In this document: positions 44,312-53,027 of the stretch, in pieces
Layout of the letters: every line of letters starts with the position of its first letter
Position numbering within the stretch: position 1 is the first letter of the stretch
Origin: an uncultured Chlamydiales bacterium
Lineage (GTDB): Bacteria > Chlamydiota > Chlamydiia > Chlamydiales > Rhabdochlamydiaceae
Direction: 5' to 3'
Length of the DNA: 64,000 bases
Assembly (NCBI GenBank): GCA_963700985.1
Contig: OY969554.1
Span: 1,120,001-1,184,000, forward strand
The notes under the pieces: model-generated
The model's input: only the letters and a program-made list of their open reading frames with translations
Databases searched by the model: none
Told to the model about the DNA's origin: nothing
Made by a program: the position numbers and the translations under genes

Positions 44312-46947
44312 AGCTCATCCAAGGCGGGCTCTGCCGCTTCTGGCTCATGCTCGAGCAAACTATGCGCAAGCGCGCTCTTATGTTTTTTCAAACTTAACAT
44401 CTTCTCTTCAATTGTACCCACAGTGACATAACGCCTAGCGATCACGGCAGAGCTTCGTCCCAGACGGTGCGCACGATCGATTGCCTGCTCTTCTTGGGCA
44501 TCATTCCACCAGGGATCATAAAGAATCACTGTATCTGCAGCGGTGAGATTTAACCCAACTCCTCCAGCTTTTAGGCTAATAAAGAAGAGCAAGAGCTCGG
44601 GATCTTCTTGAAATTTCTGTACGGGAGATTCGCGATCAGTTGTAGAGCCATCCAAACGCACGTAAGACCAGCCCTTTTGACGCGCGCGCTGTTCCATTAA
44701 GCTAAGCATTTGGGTGAATTGGCTATAGATCAGCACCTTGCGCTTTTCTTGCACCGCCTCTTCAAGATCTTCCATTAACCGCTCGAGCTTGCCGCTTTCC
44801 CCTTGAAAATCAGGGTCGACCAGCAGCGGATGGCAGGCGATTTGTCTAAGGCGTAAAATCGCTTCTAAAATCTCCATGCGATGGGACTTTGCTCCATCTG
44901 CTGCGATTTTTTGTAGAAGGCCTAAGCGCTGCCTTCCCACCCAGTCATCATAGAGAATCTTCTGTTCACTGGACATATCGATCCAGATCTGCTGGTTGAT
45001 TTTAGGCGGCAGATCTTTAGCTACTTCTTCCTTTCTTCTGCGTAAAATAAAGGGTTTCAGGCTTTTTTTAACTTTGCTAGGCACAGCCGTGATCTGTGCT
45101 AAGAAAGTCTGCCTTGGTCCCAAAAGCTCGGGCATTAAAAAGTGGAAAAGAGACCAGAGCTCTTCCCAACGATTTTCAATCGGTGTTCCCGTGATTGCCA
45201 AGCGAAAAGAGCTCTTCAACTGAAAGACCTGCCGCGCAGTTTGTGAATCAGGATTCTTAATCTGTTGTGCTTCATCTAAAATGACACCGGTGTAGCTTAA
45301 ACCCTGCAGAAAAGCCCCATCCAATCGTAAAATCGCATACGAGGTTAAGATAATAGAATGCTGCTTGAGCAATTCCAGATCCTTGAGACGCTCGCTTCCA
45401 TTGTGCACATAGACCGCTTGCTCGGGGAGAAACTTTTCAATCTCGCGTTTCCAGTTGAATAAGAGAGAGGTGGGCACCACAATCAGAACTTGAAAGGGAA
45501 CTATTAGCGTAGAAAGAAAGGCCAACACTTGGACCGTTTTACCCAGCCCCATTTCATCGGCGAGAAGCCCGCTACACCCTTGAGAAAAATGCGTTGAAAG
45601 CCAATTCATTCCCTCTTGTTGATAAGGGTAAAGTGTACCTACAAAACCCGTGCCGATTTCTGTTTTCTGCAGCTGATTGTTAAGCTTTAGCCGCCCTTCG
45701 CTGATTTCAACGGCAGGATGCTCCAAGAGCGGCTCGAGCAAACCTTTGTGATGTTTTTTCACCAAGATGCCTTCAAGTGTGATCTCTTCGCTCAGCAGGT
45801 CTCCACAGAGAAGCTCAACCGGCCCCCGATCAATTAACCCAATACAATTGTCTGAGAGGGTAAGAAATGGTTCTCGACGTTTTAAGGGTCCAAGCGCTTC
45901 TTGAAGCGTATGCGTGATTTCACCAAAACAAAACTTGCCCTGCACTAAAACCTCTTCGCCGTGTTCTTTCAGTGAAAGCTTAAAATCACTCTGTTTGAGC
46001 AGTTGACGTTCTTCTAAATCGAAAACTTTCCAACCCATCTCTAAAAGAAAGGTCAGACTTTGCGTTACGTAAGCCAAAGGACAGTAATACCGAGAATTGG
46101 ACATCAGCTTGGGTTTAAATCCAGCCTCTTGCAAATCTTTTTCCCAAGTAAGTTCTAGCTCTTTGTTTCGCCAGCCCATGGATGAATCATGCGCAGCCAC
46201 TTTGCCTCGGCTTGCATAATCAAACCAGAGATCGGCAAATCCGCCACTGCGATCTTTTAAAATCAGAAACGGCAAAGCCTCCAGGGCGTATTGGCTTGGC
46301 GGCGCATTCTTCCAAACAATCTCGATTTCGCCTTCTAAATCCCCTTCTTCAATTTGCGCGCGGAATTTTTCCTGCTCATCCCCTCGCAAAAGTGCTGTGT
46401 GAGGAAAAACTAGTTTGAGCCATTTGCTATCGATCTTCTCTTGGAAAAATTGCAGCATGCCGTCGCAGATAAACCAAGGAGGAGAGCCTGGAAAAAGCAG
46501 CTCGCATCCAGAAACTAACTTCTCTTTTCCTCCAATCAAAAGACTCCCTTCAACTTTTAACGCCCCATCTTCTTCGAAAAAAAGATGATAACGCAATGCA
46601 GCTTTGGCAAAGGGATCGACAAATAGACGCTTGCCCTTCCAGAAAAGAGAGCCACAACTCGCTAGCGACTTTAAAACTACATTCGCATCATCTCGAGTCA
46701 GGCAAATTTCATTAAAGACAGCTGATTCAGCCTGTGCGCTTTTTGGTGAGATGCCTAAAGATTTCAGCCTAGCTTGGATTAGAAACTCTACAGCACCCTT
46801 CTCCTTGCCTTTAGTCAGCGAAAGCAAAGTATCGCGATAAAAAACGCGTTTAGAACCTTGGCTATTGATCTTGATAATTAGATGCTCAGACTTTTCTGCA
46901 ACTTCTAAAGTAAATGTGAGGGCTGATGTCACAGATAATGATACCAT
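44287..46947 (-). CDS. SNF2/SWI2 family ATPase
   Basis: LADEMGLGKT, LDEAQ.IKN, TGTPIEN, PFILRR, SLKAGGVGLNLT, DPWWN and QAIDRAHRLG motifs. Confidence 0.95.
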   Translation of the reverse strand: MVSLSVTSALTFTLEVAEKSEHLIIKINSQGSKRVFYRDTLLSLTKGKEKGAVEFLIQARLKSLGISPKSAQAESAVFNEICLTRDDANVVLKSLASCGSLFWKGKRLFVDPFAKAALRYHLFFEEDGALKVEGSLLIGGKEKLVSGCELLFPGSPPWFICDGMLQFFQEKIDSKWLKLVFPHTALLRGDEQEKFRAQIEEGDLEGEIEIVWKNAPPSQYALEALPFLILKDRSGGFADLWFDYASRGKVAAHDSSMGWRNKELELTWEKDLQEAGFKPKLMSNSRYYCPLAYVTQSLTFLLEMGWKVFDLEERQLLKQSDFKLSLKEHGEEVLVQGKFCFGEITHTLQEALGPLKRREPFLTLSDNCIGLIDRGPVELLCGDLLSEEITLEGILVKKHHKGLLEPLLEHPAVEISEGRLKLNNQLQKTEIGTGFVGTLYPYQQEGMNWLSTHFSQGCSGLLADEMGLGKTVQVLAFLSTLIVPFQVLIVVPTSLLFNWKREIEKFLPEQAVYVHNGSERLKDLELLKQHSIILTSYAILRLDGAFLQGLSYTGVILDEAQQIKNPDSQTARQVFQLKSSFRLAITGTPIENRWEELWSLFHFLMPELLGPRQTFLAQITAVPSKVKKSLKPFILRRRKEEVAKDLPPKINQQIWIDMSSEQKILYDDWVGRQRLGLLQKIAADGAKSHRMEILEAILRLRQIACHPLLVDPDFQGESGKLERLMEDLEEAVQEKRKVLIYSQFTQMLSLMEQRARQKGWSYVRLDGSTTDRESPVQKFQEDPELLLFFISLKAGGVGLNLTAADTVILYDPWWNDAQEEQAIDRAHRLGRSSAVIARRYVTVGTIEEKMLSLKKHKSALAHSLLEHEPEAAEPALDELYALLSLS

Positions 46948-47861
46948 TTACGAAATGGCTTAGGGTGAGCACCCTTTTCAAAAGGACGAAGGCGCGGAGC
47001 ACTTTGACAAGCTTCAGAACAGCAACCTAGGGATTTTTCTGCGCACTCCGGACACGCCAAAAAGAGTGCGTTGCAGTCCATATTCGCGCAATTATAATAG
47101 ACATCCGAGGCACAGCCACACTGATGGCACTTGCTAATCACTTCCGACTCTTCTTTCTCGCTAATGGGCACTGTGAGCCGATCATCGAAAACAAACAGCT
47201 TACCCAGCCAGTGCTTCTGCCCTTCTTTCAGGCCATACTTAATGACGCCACCTTCCAGCTGATAGACCTTTTCAAAGCCCTCGCGCTTGAGCAGTGCCGA
47301 ATAGAGCTCGCAGCGAATGCCGCCAGTGCAATACATCATCACTTTGGTCTCTTTTGGAGAATGAGATTCTTTCAGTTTTTGAGCAAATTCGGGAAATTGA
47401 CGGAACATCTCGAGTTTCGGCAAATCTGCCCCCTCAAAATGCCCCACTTGCCACTCATAATCATTACGCACATCTAGCAGCAGCGTCTTTTCATCGCGCT
47501 CTTCTAACATTTTGCGCCACTCTTCTGGAGAAAGATGCTCACCACCATCCTCTAATTCAACTGGCTGATCTAATGCAACCAGCTGTTTACGCACTTTAAC
47601 CGTCATGCGTGGAAAGACATGTTCTCCATAGTGGTGGATCTTAAAATCTGTCCCCTGAAAACGCGCATCGCTTTCCATCCATTGCATATACTCAGCTGCA
47701 ACATCTGCTGAAGCACTCATCTGTCCATTAATCCCCTCTTCGGAGATGTAGATACGGCCACATGCATCCTTTCCTTGAAAAAAGGTGTGGTGCCTTGCTA
47801 CTTCGGCAGCAGGGTCGTTAATCGGGATAAATTTGTAGTAAGCTAAGACACGGTAATTCAT
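46929..47861 (-). CDS. trhO: Rhodanese-domain tRNA uridine(34) hydroxylase (YceA/TrhO)
   Basis: GRIYISEEGIN, DVRNDYE..VGHF, MYCTGGIRCE, YQLEGG and GKLFVFDDR motifs, plus a Cys-rich C-terminus. Confidence 0.93.
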   Translation of the reverse strand: MNYRVLAYYKFIPINDPAAEVARHHTFFQGKDACGRIYISEEGINGQMSASADVAAEYMQWMESDARFQGTDFKIHHYGEHVFPRMTVKVRKQLVALDQPVELEDGGEHLSPEEWRKMLEERDEKTLLLDVRNDYEWQVGHFEGADLPKLEMFRQFPEFAQKLKESHSPKETKVMMYCTGGIRCELYSALLKREGFEKVYQLEGGVIKYGLKEGQKHWLGKLFVFDDRLTVPISEKEESEVISKCHQCGCASDVYYNCANMDCNALFLACPECAEKSLGCCSEACQSAPRLRPFEKGAHPKPFRKWYHYL

Positions 47862-48042
47862 AAATATCTGTAAGAATTTATAGGAAAGATGAGAAAAATT
47901 AAACCAAATTTAATCATCAAACCTGAACAGCGCGGGCGCTAAATTAAATTATTTAATACATAGATCTAGAGTGAAAATTGCTGTTTCTTCGAATTAGTGT
48001 AACCGGTAAAATTGCACCCAAAACTATAAACAAGGAAATTTT

Positions 48043-48456
48043 ATGTGCACCCATTTATGTGGTAAAATGACTGTATCCGCTTCCTTGATTCTATTAGAAG
48101 AATTAATCGATTGGCGCAATGATATCTACGATAGGTCGTCAATAAATGATTTTGGACGCAGGCTTATTGCCGCACCAGCACTCTTAATTTTACCGATTCT
48201 CGGCCTTATTGAAGCAGTCGTACGAGCAGCTTTATCTCTACTCGCACTTCCTCTTATTTTGTGTCTTGCAAATGACAATAAACTCAAACGAGCTCTTGCG
48301 CATTCCTTTCCAATCGGAGCATTTTATTCCTTAGCCTCTTCTATTATCTGCATTAATCATTTTATAGAGAATGTGTTTGCTCAAAAACTTTCTAAAAATT
48401 CATGCATATGCCTTGTTCAACCGGGAAAACTCATCGAAGTGTGCCTGATAGGGTAG
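48043..48456 (+). CDS. Hydrophobic hypothetical protein, tandem paralog 1 of 4
   Basis: WRN...NDFGRR...LIEAVVR motif shared with the next three ORFs. AAGGA RBS. Confidence 0.75.
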   Translation: MCTHLCGKMTVSASLILLEELIDWRNDIYDRSSINDFGRRLIAAPALLILPILGLIEAVVRAALSLLALPLILCLANDNKLKRALAHSFPIGAFYSLASSIICINHFIENVFAQKLSKNSCICLVQPGKLIEVCLIG

Positions 48457-48497
48457 ATTTGATAGAGATATAAAACATAAAAAGATGGGGTTTTTAA

Positions 48498-48908
48498 ATG
48501 AGTGCCTGTGAAGGATTAGCTTTTTCCACTTCTGCTACGCTTACTATAGGCTTAGTCACCTGGCGTAATAATCCCAATGGATCAATGAATGATTTCGGAC
48601 GCAAAGCTGTTAGTGCACCTGGTTTTATTGCTTTAGCCCTTCTTGCCACGATTGAAACTACCGTAAGAGGTGTTTTAGCTCTCCTCTCACTACCTTTTAT
48701 CTGCTGTCTTCCTGAAAAAGACAGGGAAACAGTTACATATGCGTTTGTAGCCGGAACGCTTTTTACATTCGGAACTATTATTGGTAACCTTACGATGTTT
48801 GCTAAAAATTTTTTTGTTGAAAAAGTTGATTTGCAAACATGCCAGTGCGCCTTTCAGCCAGCGGTTAGTGTCGTGACATATCTCGGCAGAAAACATGCAA
48901 CTCCCTAA
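48498..48908 (+). CDS. Hydrophobic hypothetical protein, tandem paralog 2 of 4
   Basis: WRN...NDFGRK...IETTVR motif. Confidence 0.75.
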   Translation: MSACEGLAFSTSATLTIGLVTWRNNPNGSMNDFGRKAVSAPGFIALALLATIETTVRGVLALLSLPFICCLPEKDRETVTYAFVAGTLFTFGTIIGNLTMFAKNFFVEKVDLQTCQCAFQPAVSVVTYLGRKHATP

Positions 48909-48979
48909 GTTGCTGTTTTCATGAATGGGCCGATCTGCTTAAAATAATTCCTTATTTCGACTACTTATAAGGAGGATCT

Positions 48980-49381
48980 ATGACCCACTCATCTGCACTT
49001 ACTTTTCAAAGTCCCCGCTCTGCACGCTCATCTCTTTCATCCTATTTGACCGTGGGCCAATTGTTATCTTTTCGTAACGAATCGGATGATATCGGGCGTA
49101 AAATCTTTGGAGAGCTCTGCTTGGCAGGATTAGCTATTCTGTCCATTATTGAAACCGTTGCCCGCGCAATAATTCTCGCCATTCCATTAACCCTCCTCTA
49201 CTGCGGATGCTGTTGCGCAGATGAAAAGCTACTGTTTTGGGGGGTTTACGGAACACTTTTTTCAGCTGAAAACTTTGTGAACTGCCTGGTTGCAATGGTG
49301 GTAAATTTCTGCAAACAAAAGCTCGAATATGACGACCTTGTTCCCTGCTTTGTCGGCCTCAATCAGGTCGTCATAGGCTGA
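48980..49381 (+). CDS. Hydrophobic hypothetical protein, tandem paralog 3 of 4
   Basis: SYLTV.Q...RNESDDIGRK...IETVAR...SAENF.NC...YDD..PC motifs. AGGAGG RBS. Confidence 0.75.
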   Translation: MTHSSALTFQSPRSARSSLSSYLTVGQLLSFRNESDDIGRKIFGELCLAGLAILSIIETVARAIILAIPLTLLYCGCCCADEKLLFWGVYGTLFSAENFVNCLVAMVVNFCKQKLEYDDLVPCFVGLNQVVIG

Positions 49382-49500
49382 AAGCTTAAGTTGCGTCAAA
49401 AGAAGACACTAGTATATAAACTTACATTCGAAATAAGCACGATAGAATAAATAATCGAAGATTTTATTTACGTCTCACTCAACAAAAAAACGGAGATTTT

Positions 49501-49923
49501 ATGGCACACACTATAGGCCGTGAATTTGCTAGCGGCGAAAATGCAGTACTTTCATTTTCAACTTACCTGACAGTTTCCCAAGCCCTTCCTTATCGCAATG
49601 AGTCGGACGATGCTCTGCACAAGGTCGTTGGAGGCCTTATGCTAGCTGGTCTTGCGCTCGCTTCTCTAATCGAAGCTGTGGTGCGTGGAGTTATTGCTGG
49701 TATCGGAGCGCTTGTTTCTCTTTGCCTCCCAGAAGATCAAAAAAAGATTAAAGATTTCTTATTCACTCATTTCACATTTGGAGCACTAATTTCAGCTGAG
49801 AACTTCTTGAATTGCATTGGCGCCTCAATCGAGAACGTGCGTAGCGAGAAAGTTGTTTATGATGAGATTGCTCCCTGCATGAACGGCTGGAATCAAAAAA
49901 TCCAAGATAGTTACTTCAACTAA
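49501..49923 (+). CDS. Hydrophobic hypothetical protein, tandem paralog 4 of 4
   Basis: TYLTV.Q...RNESDD...IEAVVR...SAENF.NC...YDE..PC motifs. GGAG RBS. Confidence 0.75.
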   Translation: MAHTIGREFASGENAVLSFSTYLTVSQALPYRNESDDALHKVVGGLMLAGLALASLIEAVVRGVIAGIGALVSLCLPEDQKKIKDFLFTHFTFGALISAENFLNCIGASIENVRSEKVVYDEIAPCMNGWNQKIQDSYFN

Positions 49924-50113
49924 TCATAAGGCTGTAGAGAATTAGACAAAGCTCACATTAAATTTTAATGTGAGCTTTTTTTTAAATGCCTCTGTATCCC
50001 CTCTCAAAATCGCAGAATTCTCGCTTTTTTCTCATTACGCTTGTCTAAAAAATATGCACTATTCTAGCATGTATGGCACGTCTTTGACTTTAAGAAGCTT
50101 ATTAGGAGAAAAA

Positions 50114-50734
50114 ATGGCTCGATATACCGGTCCTCGCAACCGCATAGCACGGCGCTTAGGCGCTAACATCTTTGGACGTGCGCGCAACCCACTTCTTCAT
50201 AAAGCAAGTCCTCCGGGTCAGCACGGTGCCAAACGCAAAAAGAAATCTGACTTCGGAATCCAGTTAGAAGAACAACAAAAACTACGCGCAGCCTATGGTC
50301 TGCTCAGCCGTAAACAGCTGATCCGCTATTATCAGGAAGCACTACGTTCGCGTGTAAATACAGTTCAACTCTTCCTGCAACACTTAGAATGCCGTTTAGA
50401 TACTGTTGTTTATAGACTCAAGCTTGCTCCAACAATTTTCGCAGCTCAGCAGCTGGTTTCTCACGGACACATCTTGGTCAACGGTAAAAAAGTAGACCGC
50501 CGCGCTTTCAATGTAAAGCCAGGCATGGAGATCTCTGTTAGACCAAAATCTCAGCAGATCGCAATTGTAAAACAGGCCGTAGAGAACCCGACAAACTCAG
50601 TCCCTGAATATCTCTCTGTGGATCCTGCTAAGTTTTCTGGACAACTGCTTGTCAATCCAGGCGCCGATCAGATTCCTCTCCCATTGCCCATCAACGTTCC
50701 GATGGTTTGCGAGTTCTTAGCTTACACAAGCTAA
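50114..50734 (+). CDS. rpsD: 30S ribosomal protein S4
   Basis: MARYTGP...RRLG, PPGQHG, QLEEQQKLR, LECRLD.VVYR and QLVSHGHILVNG.KV motifs. AGGAG RBS. Confidence 0.97.
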   Translation: MARYTGPRNRIARRLGANIFGRARNPLLHKASPPGQHGAKRKKKSDFGIQLEEQQKLRAAYGLLSRKQLIRYYQEALRSRVNTVQLFLQHLECRLDTVVYRLKLAPTIFAAQQLVSHGHILVNGKKVDRRAFNVKPGMEISVRPKSQQIAIVKQAVENPTNSVPEYLSVDPAKFSGQLLVNPGADQIPLPLPINVPMVCEFLAYTS

Positions 50735-50760
50735 GAAACAGGAAAATCCTGTTTTTAAGG

Positions 50761-50799
50761 AAAAGGCAGCGCTAGCTAGGCAAGCGCTGCCTTTTTTTT
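50761..50799 (+). terminator. Rho-independent terminator of rpsD
   Basis: aaaaggcagcgct-agctaggca-agcgctgcc followed by a T8 run. Confidence 0.85.
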
Positions 50800-50913
50800 G
50801 CAAATTTTCAGTTATATTTAATTTTTCCTTGTTTTTTCTTTTATAAAAGCTTAAAACTTTTCTTTCTATAAGCTTTAGGAAAAACCTAAGCCGCCCTGAT
50901 CGGAGGGTCCTTA

Positions 50914-52311
50914 ATGTCGACAGTAGAAGTGGTAGAGCAACGTCAATCTCCTTTGACGAAGTACCCATCTGCAAGCTGGCGGGAACTTTTCAAGCTTTCA
51001 TTGCCACTTATTGCCGTACTTCTATCTGGCTGCTTGATGAGTTTTTGCGATCGCCTCTTCCTCGCGCATGCCTCTTTTGAGGCCTTCGAGGGGTGCGTGA
51101 ACGCCGCTTACCTATGCATGCTCTTTCAGCTGCCCTGTATTCGCATAAGCAGCATGGCGCAGATCTTCATCGGCTTTCACAAAGGAGCCAATCGCGCCCA
51201 GCTCATCGGAGAGTGTGTGTGGCAAATGATCTGGTTCTCAGTATTTTCTATGCTGATCACTTTCCCAATCAGCCAATTTACAGGTTCATTCTTTCTGGGT
51301 GGCACTGCTATCGAAAAGCCTGCCATGACCTATTTCCAATGCCTTATGTCGGCGAATTTTCTTTTCCCTCTAGGAGCTGCACTCTCCTCATTTTATATCG
51401 CTGAGGGCAAAACAAAAGTGCTCTTTCTCTCCACACTCTGCGCACAGCTATTGAACATCGGCCTTGATTACCTGCTTATTTTTGGAATAGATGGTGTTCT
51501 GGCACCACAGGGTATTTTTGGAGCAGCAATTGCCACCGTCATTGCGCAAGGTTCCTTTTGTGCCATTCTATTTGGAATTTTTTTAAAACGGCGCTATCGC
51601 GATCAATACGCTACGCACAACTACACCTTTAAATGGAAACCCTTCTGGCATTACGTACAAGTGGGCATTCCACGCGCTATTGCGCGTTTAAGCGTTCTGG
51701 TAGCCTGGGCGGCTACAGCTCGTCTAATGACGCTTAAGGGCGGGGATTTCTTAATTGTGCTTTCAGTTGGTGGAACGCTCTTTTTAGTTTTTGCTTTTAT
51801 TAATGAAGGCTTGGGTCAAGCCATCATGACAATTGCCTCAAGGTTGATCGGCGCTAAAGAATATCTATCTCTGCGTAAATTACGGCGCTCGGCTTTTCTT
51901 TTCCTTACACTTTGCATGGCGCTCCTCACACTGCCTTTTATAGTTTTCCCAGATCTTCTTCTCTCTTTCTTTTTTTCAGAGCCTCCATCACTCTCAACAC
52001 AAGCTCTGCTCCACCGTGGGTGCTTTTGGATCTGGATCGCCCTGTTCTGCAATGGTTTCAATATGATTGGCTTTGGCCTGATTTCAGCCGCGTGTGATAC
52101 AGTTTTCCATATGATGGTCAATAGTTTGGTTTGGCTAACAAGCTACCTTCCTGTCTATCTGATCTATGAGCTAACCAACTGCCCACCTGACATCTTTTGG
52201 CTTGTCATTGCGCTTGAAGCGTTCTTGATCGGCCTCATCTTCCATTGGAGAGTAAATCGTAATCACAGCGAACACTCCTCCTTCGAGAAATGCCACGTTG
52301 ATCTCCTCTAG
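50914..52311 (+). CDS. MATE family efflux transporter
   Basis: LSLPL...D.LFLA and NIGLDYLLIFG...GIFGAAIAT motifs, about 12 TM segments. Confidence 0.9.
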   Translation: MSTVEVVEQRQSPLTKYPSASWRELFKLSLPLIAVLLSGCLMSFCDRLFLAHASFEAFEGCVNAAYLCMLFQLPCIRISSMAQIFIGFHKGANRAQLIGECVWQMIWFSVFSMLITFPISQFTGSFFLGGTAIEKPAMTYFQCLMSANFLFPLGAALSSFYIAEGKTKVLFLSTLCAQLLNIGLDYLLIFGIDGVLAPQGIFGAAIATVIAQGSFCAILFGIFLKRRYRDQYATHNYTFKWKPFWHYVQVGIPRAIARLSVLVAWAATARLMTLKGGDFLIVLSVGGTLFLVFAFINEGLGQAIMTIASRLIGAKEYLSLRKLRRSAFLFLTLCMALLTLPFIVFPDLLLSFFFSEPPSLSTQALLHRGCFWIWIALFCNGFNMIGFGLISAACDTVFHMMVNSLVWLTSYLPVYLIYELTNCPPDIFWLVIALEAFLIGLIFHWRVNRNHSEHSSFEKCHVDLL

Positions 52312-52410
52312 AAAACAAAATGATGTAAGAGACCAAAGGGAGTAAAAGAACAAAAAAACTTTTTTTGTCTCTTAGGCTTTAATGTTCTTCTGCTTTTCAC
52401 AGGGATGTGT

Positions 52411-52441
52411 AAAAAAAGCTCTCGCCTAGATAGCGAGAGCT
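52411..52441 (-). terminator. Rho-independent terminator of the SH2-like gene
   Basis: Stem agctctcgc/gcgagagct (52417-52441) with an A run on the + strand (U tail on the - strand), 18 nt past the stop. Confidence 0.75.
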
Positions 52442-52458
52442 AAAGCTAGCAAATTAGC

Positions 52459-52845
52459 TTAGATAGAAAAGATAGGGCCTTTTAGCATGCGATAAGGCTT
52501 GCACTCTTCAGGAGCACAGTTCAACGCAATTGGAACAAGTTCGCTAATGCGTTCACGGGTCCTAGGACTACCATTGCGGTATAGCCAGCCACTAGCCGAA
52601 AGTTCAATTTTTACTGTTTTATGATGAACTGTTCCATCTGCTTCAACGTAAGAGAGGAAATAGTGGTACATATCTTTTCCAGGACGAAGCATGTAAATAA
52701 AAGGTGCTTCGTTAAGAAGCAGTCTTTCACTTGCAACTTCATCGAGTTCATTCCAAGCAGGATGTTGCTTGATCTCTGTAATTTTCTGCGACATCCATGT
52801 CATCTCCGTAAGGGACAGCGAAGCCTTATTTAAAATTCCTGACAT
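52459..52845 (-). CDS. Stand-alone SH2-like domain protein
   Basis: HPAW...ASERLL...YMLR...YFLSY...VHH...ISELV follows the SH2 order W / AE.LL / FLVR / LS / V.H / ELV. AGGAGG RBS. Confidence 0.7.
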   Translation of the reverse strand: MSGILNKASLSLTEMTWMSQKITEIKQHPAWNELDEVASERLLLNEAPFIYMLRPGKDMYHYFLSYVEADGTVHHKTVKIELSASGWLYRNGSPRTRERISELVPIALNCAPEECKPYRMLKGPIFSI

Positions 52846-53027
52846 ATCAACCTCCTACATACAAGGTCATTTCATTGAACATCATTACCTGGCTTGCCCA
52901 GGGGGCCATTTATGAATGCATGCGTGTTTTGTTTGCGCAGCGATTCATAAAGAATCGGCAAGGATTATGTGAGTTAAAAATAAAATTGCAAGAAAAAAAC
53001 AGAAAAAAGTTTGAATGTGAAAAAAAA

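Noticed and set aside
44287-46947. SNF2 ATPase as part of a phage-defence system
   Set aside because: No nuclease, methylase or other defence partners nearby. It overlaps the housekeeping gene trhO, and SNF2-like genes are common in chlamydiae.
49970-50113. 48-aa N-terminal extension of S4 in the ORF track
   Set aside because: The canonical MARYTGP start at 50114 has an AGGAG RBS.
52310-52400. Purine-rich/pyrimidine-rich pseudo-hairpin after the MATE gene
   Set aside because: Complementarity is loose and low-complexity, so no defined element can be supported.
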